DNA of 64,000 nucleotides from Magallana gigas (taxonomy: Eukaryota). The notes under the pieces were generated by a model. That model did not search any database. It saw nothing but the letters and a program-made list of their open reading frames with translations, and was not told the origin of the DNA. The stretch covers positions 43,028,001 to 43,092,000 of the forward strand of contig NC_088855.1 of assembly GCF_963853765.1 (NCBI RefSeq), given 5' to 3'. Every line of letters begins with the position of its first letter. Positions within the stretch are counted from its first letter, which is position 1. Made by a program: the position numbers and the translations under genes. Positions 62,290 through 64,000 of the stretch are shown piece after piece.

Positions 62290-63109
62290 GTCTGGGCGAA
62301 TACAAAACGGGGCGAAACTGTTTGCAAGTGTAAATGGCCGAAAATTACACCGGGCGAAAATAATTAAAATGAAAAAGGGGGTAAGTTATGACGAATTAGA
62401 ATTAGATGCAAAGCTTCTTCTTTGGTAATCCTTTGAATGTTTCAGTATTTGTTCCGATTCTCGCTAACACGGCATATTAAAAATTCATCTGAAACTATTT
62501 ATGACTTGATCAATTTCAATCTCCTCGATCAGTTGACTTTCCTGGTGTTTCAATTGCTATTATTTTTTGTTTTGAAAAAAAAAAAATTAAACTGAAAATT
62601 TTAATGATTGTGTTTTTTAATCAGAAAAGAAACCATACATCTCAACAACGCATGGGAAATAACATTTTATTTTAATTTGTAAACAACCAAAAAAAAAAAC
62701 CAACCAAAAAACAAAACAAAAAACAAAAAAAACAAAACACTGACGCACCTAATGTGTTTTGTAATAGCTTGAATGCGTAATTAATTTTTTCACCAAAAAC
62801 AAAATATACTCATTAAATGCGTAATCACCTCGAGTGTTTTGTGATCTGGCCTTTTGTTGGGTCTGGGAATTGCTGCATATGTTTACCGTGTCATCTGAAG
62901 CGATGTCGTCACTTACCGCGGAAACCCAACACCAGTGAGAGTGTTTACTATCGAATCAGTTTGTTTAATGCCATTTTTGTATCGATTCATTGTGATCCAA
63001 TTTTATACAGGTGTACATACTAATGAATGAAACATTAGAAATAAGCACATAACCCTGTATCGATTCCTTTCCACTTTACCTACCTCAGAAGTTCAAGGAA
63101 GGCGAGTAG

Positions 63110-63159
63110 CCAATCAGAAAAGCCATCGCATAGCTCCACGTGCTTGCAAGCAATATAAG
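63110..63159 (+). promoter_or_regulatory. Candidate core promoter of the RGK-like gene
   Basis: CCAAT 63110-63114, CACGTG 63137-63142 and TATAAG 63154-63159, about 280 bp upstream of the ATG. Confidence 0.4.
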
Positions 63160-63437
63160 CAGAGCTGTCATGATAACCTTGCTATTTTACGGATATTTTA
63201 ATGACAGAGTGTGTTTTATGTGTGCCGTTTTTAGTATTTACGTTGATCTATAAATTTAAATTTTTTTTCCGCAAATTGTTAATGCAACTTTAAAATTGTA
63301 AAACAAACAAGCTTTGTAGACATGCAGATGCACATTTGGGATTAACATTGCTAAGAATCGAGTAAGTGCTCTTTACAACGGGATGCTAAATGCAAATTGG
63401 TACTGAAGAGCAGTAATACATCCGAAAATCGATTCTA

Positions 63438-63981
63438 ATGAACGGATTAAGTTTTTCCGACATTGACAGACACAAGAAAGTCCCCAGCCCCGCCATGGCG
63501 GAGATTGCAATGAGGACCCTGCACGTGTCACCACGACCGCGCGTGCGATCTACCTCCATGAAAAAGCCCAAAATTAGGCTGTCAGAGGACTTTGACCTGG
63601 GAGACATTCGCCCACGAACAAGCAGTTTGCCAACTAGAAACTCTGTCAGGAAGCCTAATCTTCTGGAAATTAGATCGGCTGGAATTTTGTATGAGGACAG
63701 CGAGCATGACTTATACAGAGTGAGGACTTTTGAAAAAACAGCCAAAGGTTTGGTAAACCGAGGGGACTCTTTCATCTCGAGGAGCACAAACAGTGTTGTA
63801 TCCTCCGGAAGTGAATTTGGTGCTTTATCGAGAACATCGAGCTCAACATCCCAGGCCAGTTTCACGGAACATACCAAATCCTATCGCATACTTATGATGG
63901 GAGCGCAAGGGGTCGGGAAAACTGCCTTAACGCAACAGTTCATGACTTCGGAATATCTTGGGGGTTTCGATACAAGCGTTG
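63438..63981 (+). CDS. First coding exon of an RGK-like (Rem/Rad/Gem/Kir) Ras-family small GTPase; continues beyond the window
   Basis: Long Ser/Arg-rich N-terminal extension with YRVRTF..T.KGLVNRGDSF, then YRILMMGAQGVGKTALTQQFMTSEY (G1 P-loop). Donor G|GTAAGT at 63981/63982. Confidence 0.85.
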
Positions 63982-64000
63982 GTAAGTCTCTTATTTAATT

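Noticed and set aside
1-64000. CRISPR arrays, rRNA genes, prokaryotic operons or defence systems
   Set aside because: No regularly spaced repeat-spacer array and no rRNA-like sequence. The genes are spliceosomal-intron eukaryotic genes.

Overview
AT-rich, intron-rich eukaryotic DNA. The repeat families (Helentron/Pearl-like elements with 166-180 bp internal tandem units, TTAA-flanked MITEs, CORE-SINE) suggest a bivalve mollusc, probably an oyster (inference). I rebuilt spliced genes by hand, checking GT-AG sites and intron phases. In order: (1) the 3' part of an apparently intact DNA transposon whose spliced ORF fuses a Mutator/Kolobok-type DDE transposase to a DEDDh exonuclease plus a SAM-like tail, ending at CC|TTAA; (2) the last 11 exons of an ARM-like + CS(p23)-domain gene on +, which hosts many MITEs and a nested antisense two-exon orphan gene with TATA/Inr/polyA signals; (3) a 15-exon membrane-anchored VWD/EGF (VWDE-like) gene on -; (4) FBXL8-like (-) head-to-head with USB1 (+); (5) a secreted EEP-superfamily enzyme; (6) SLC5A7 choline transporter; (7) the first coding exon of an RGK-like small GTPase. 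No CRISPR array, rRNA or genuine tRNA gene was found. The best leads are the transposase-exonuclease fusion element and the nested orphan gene.
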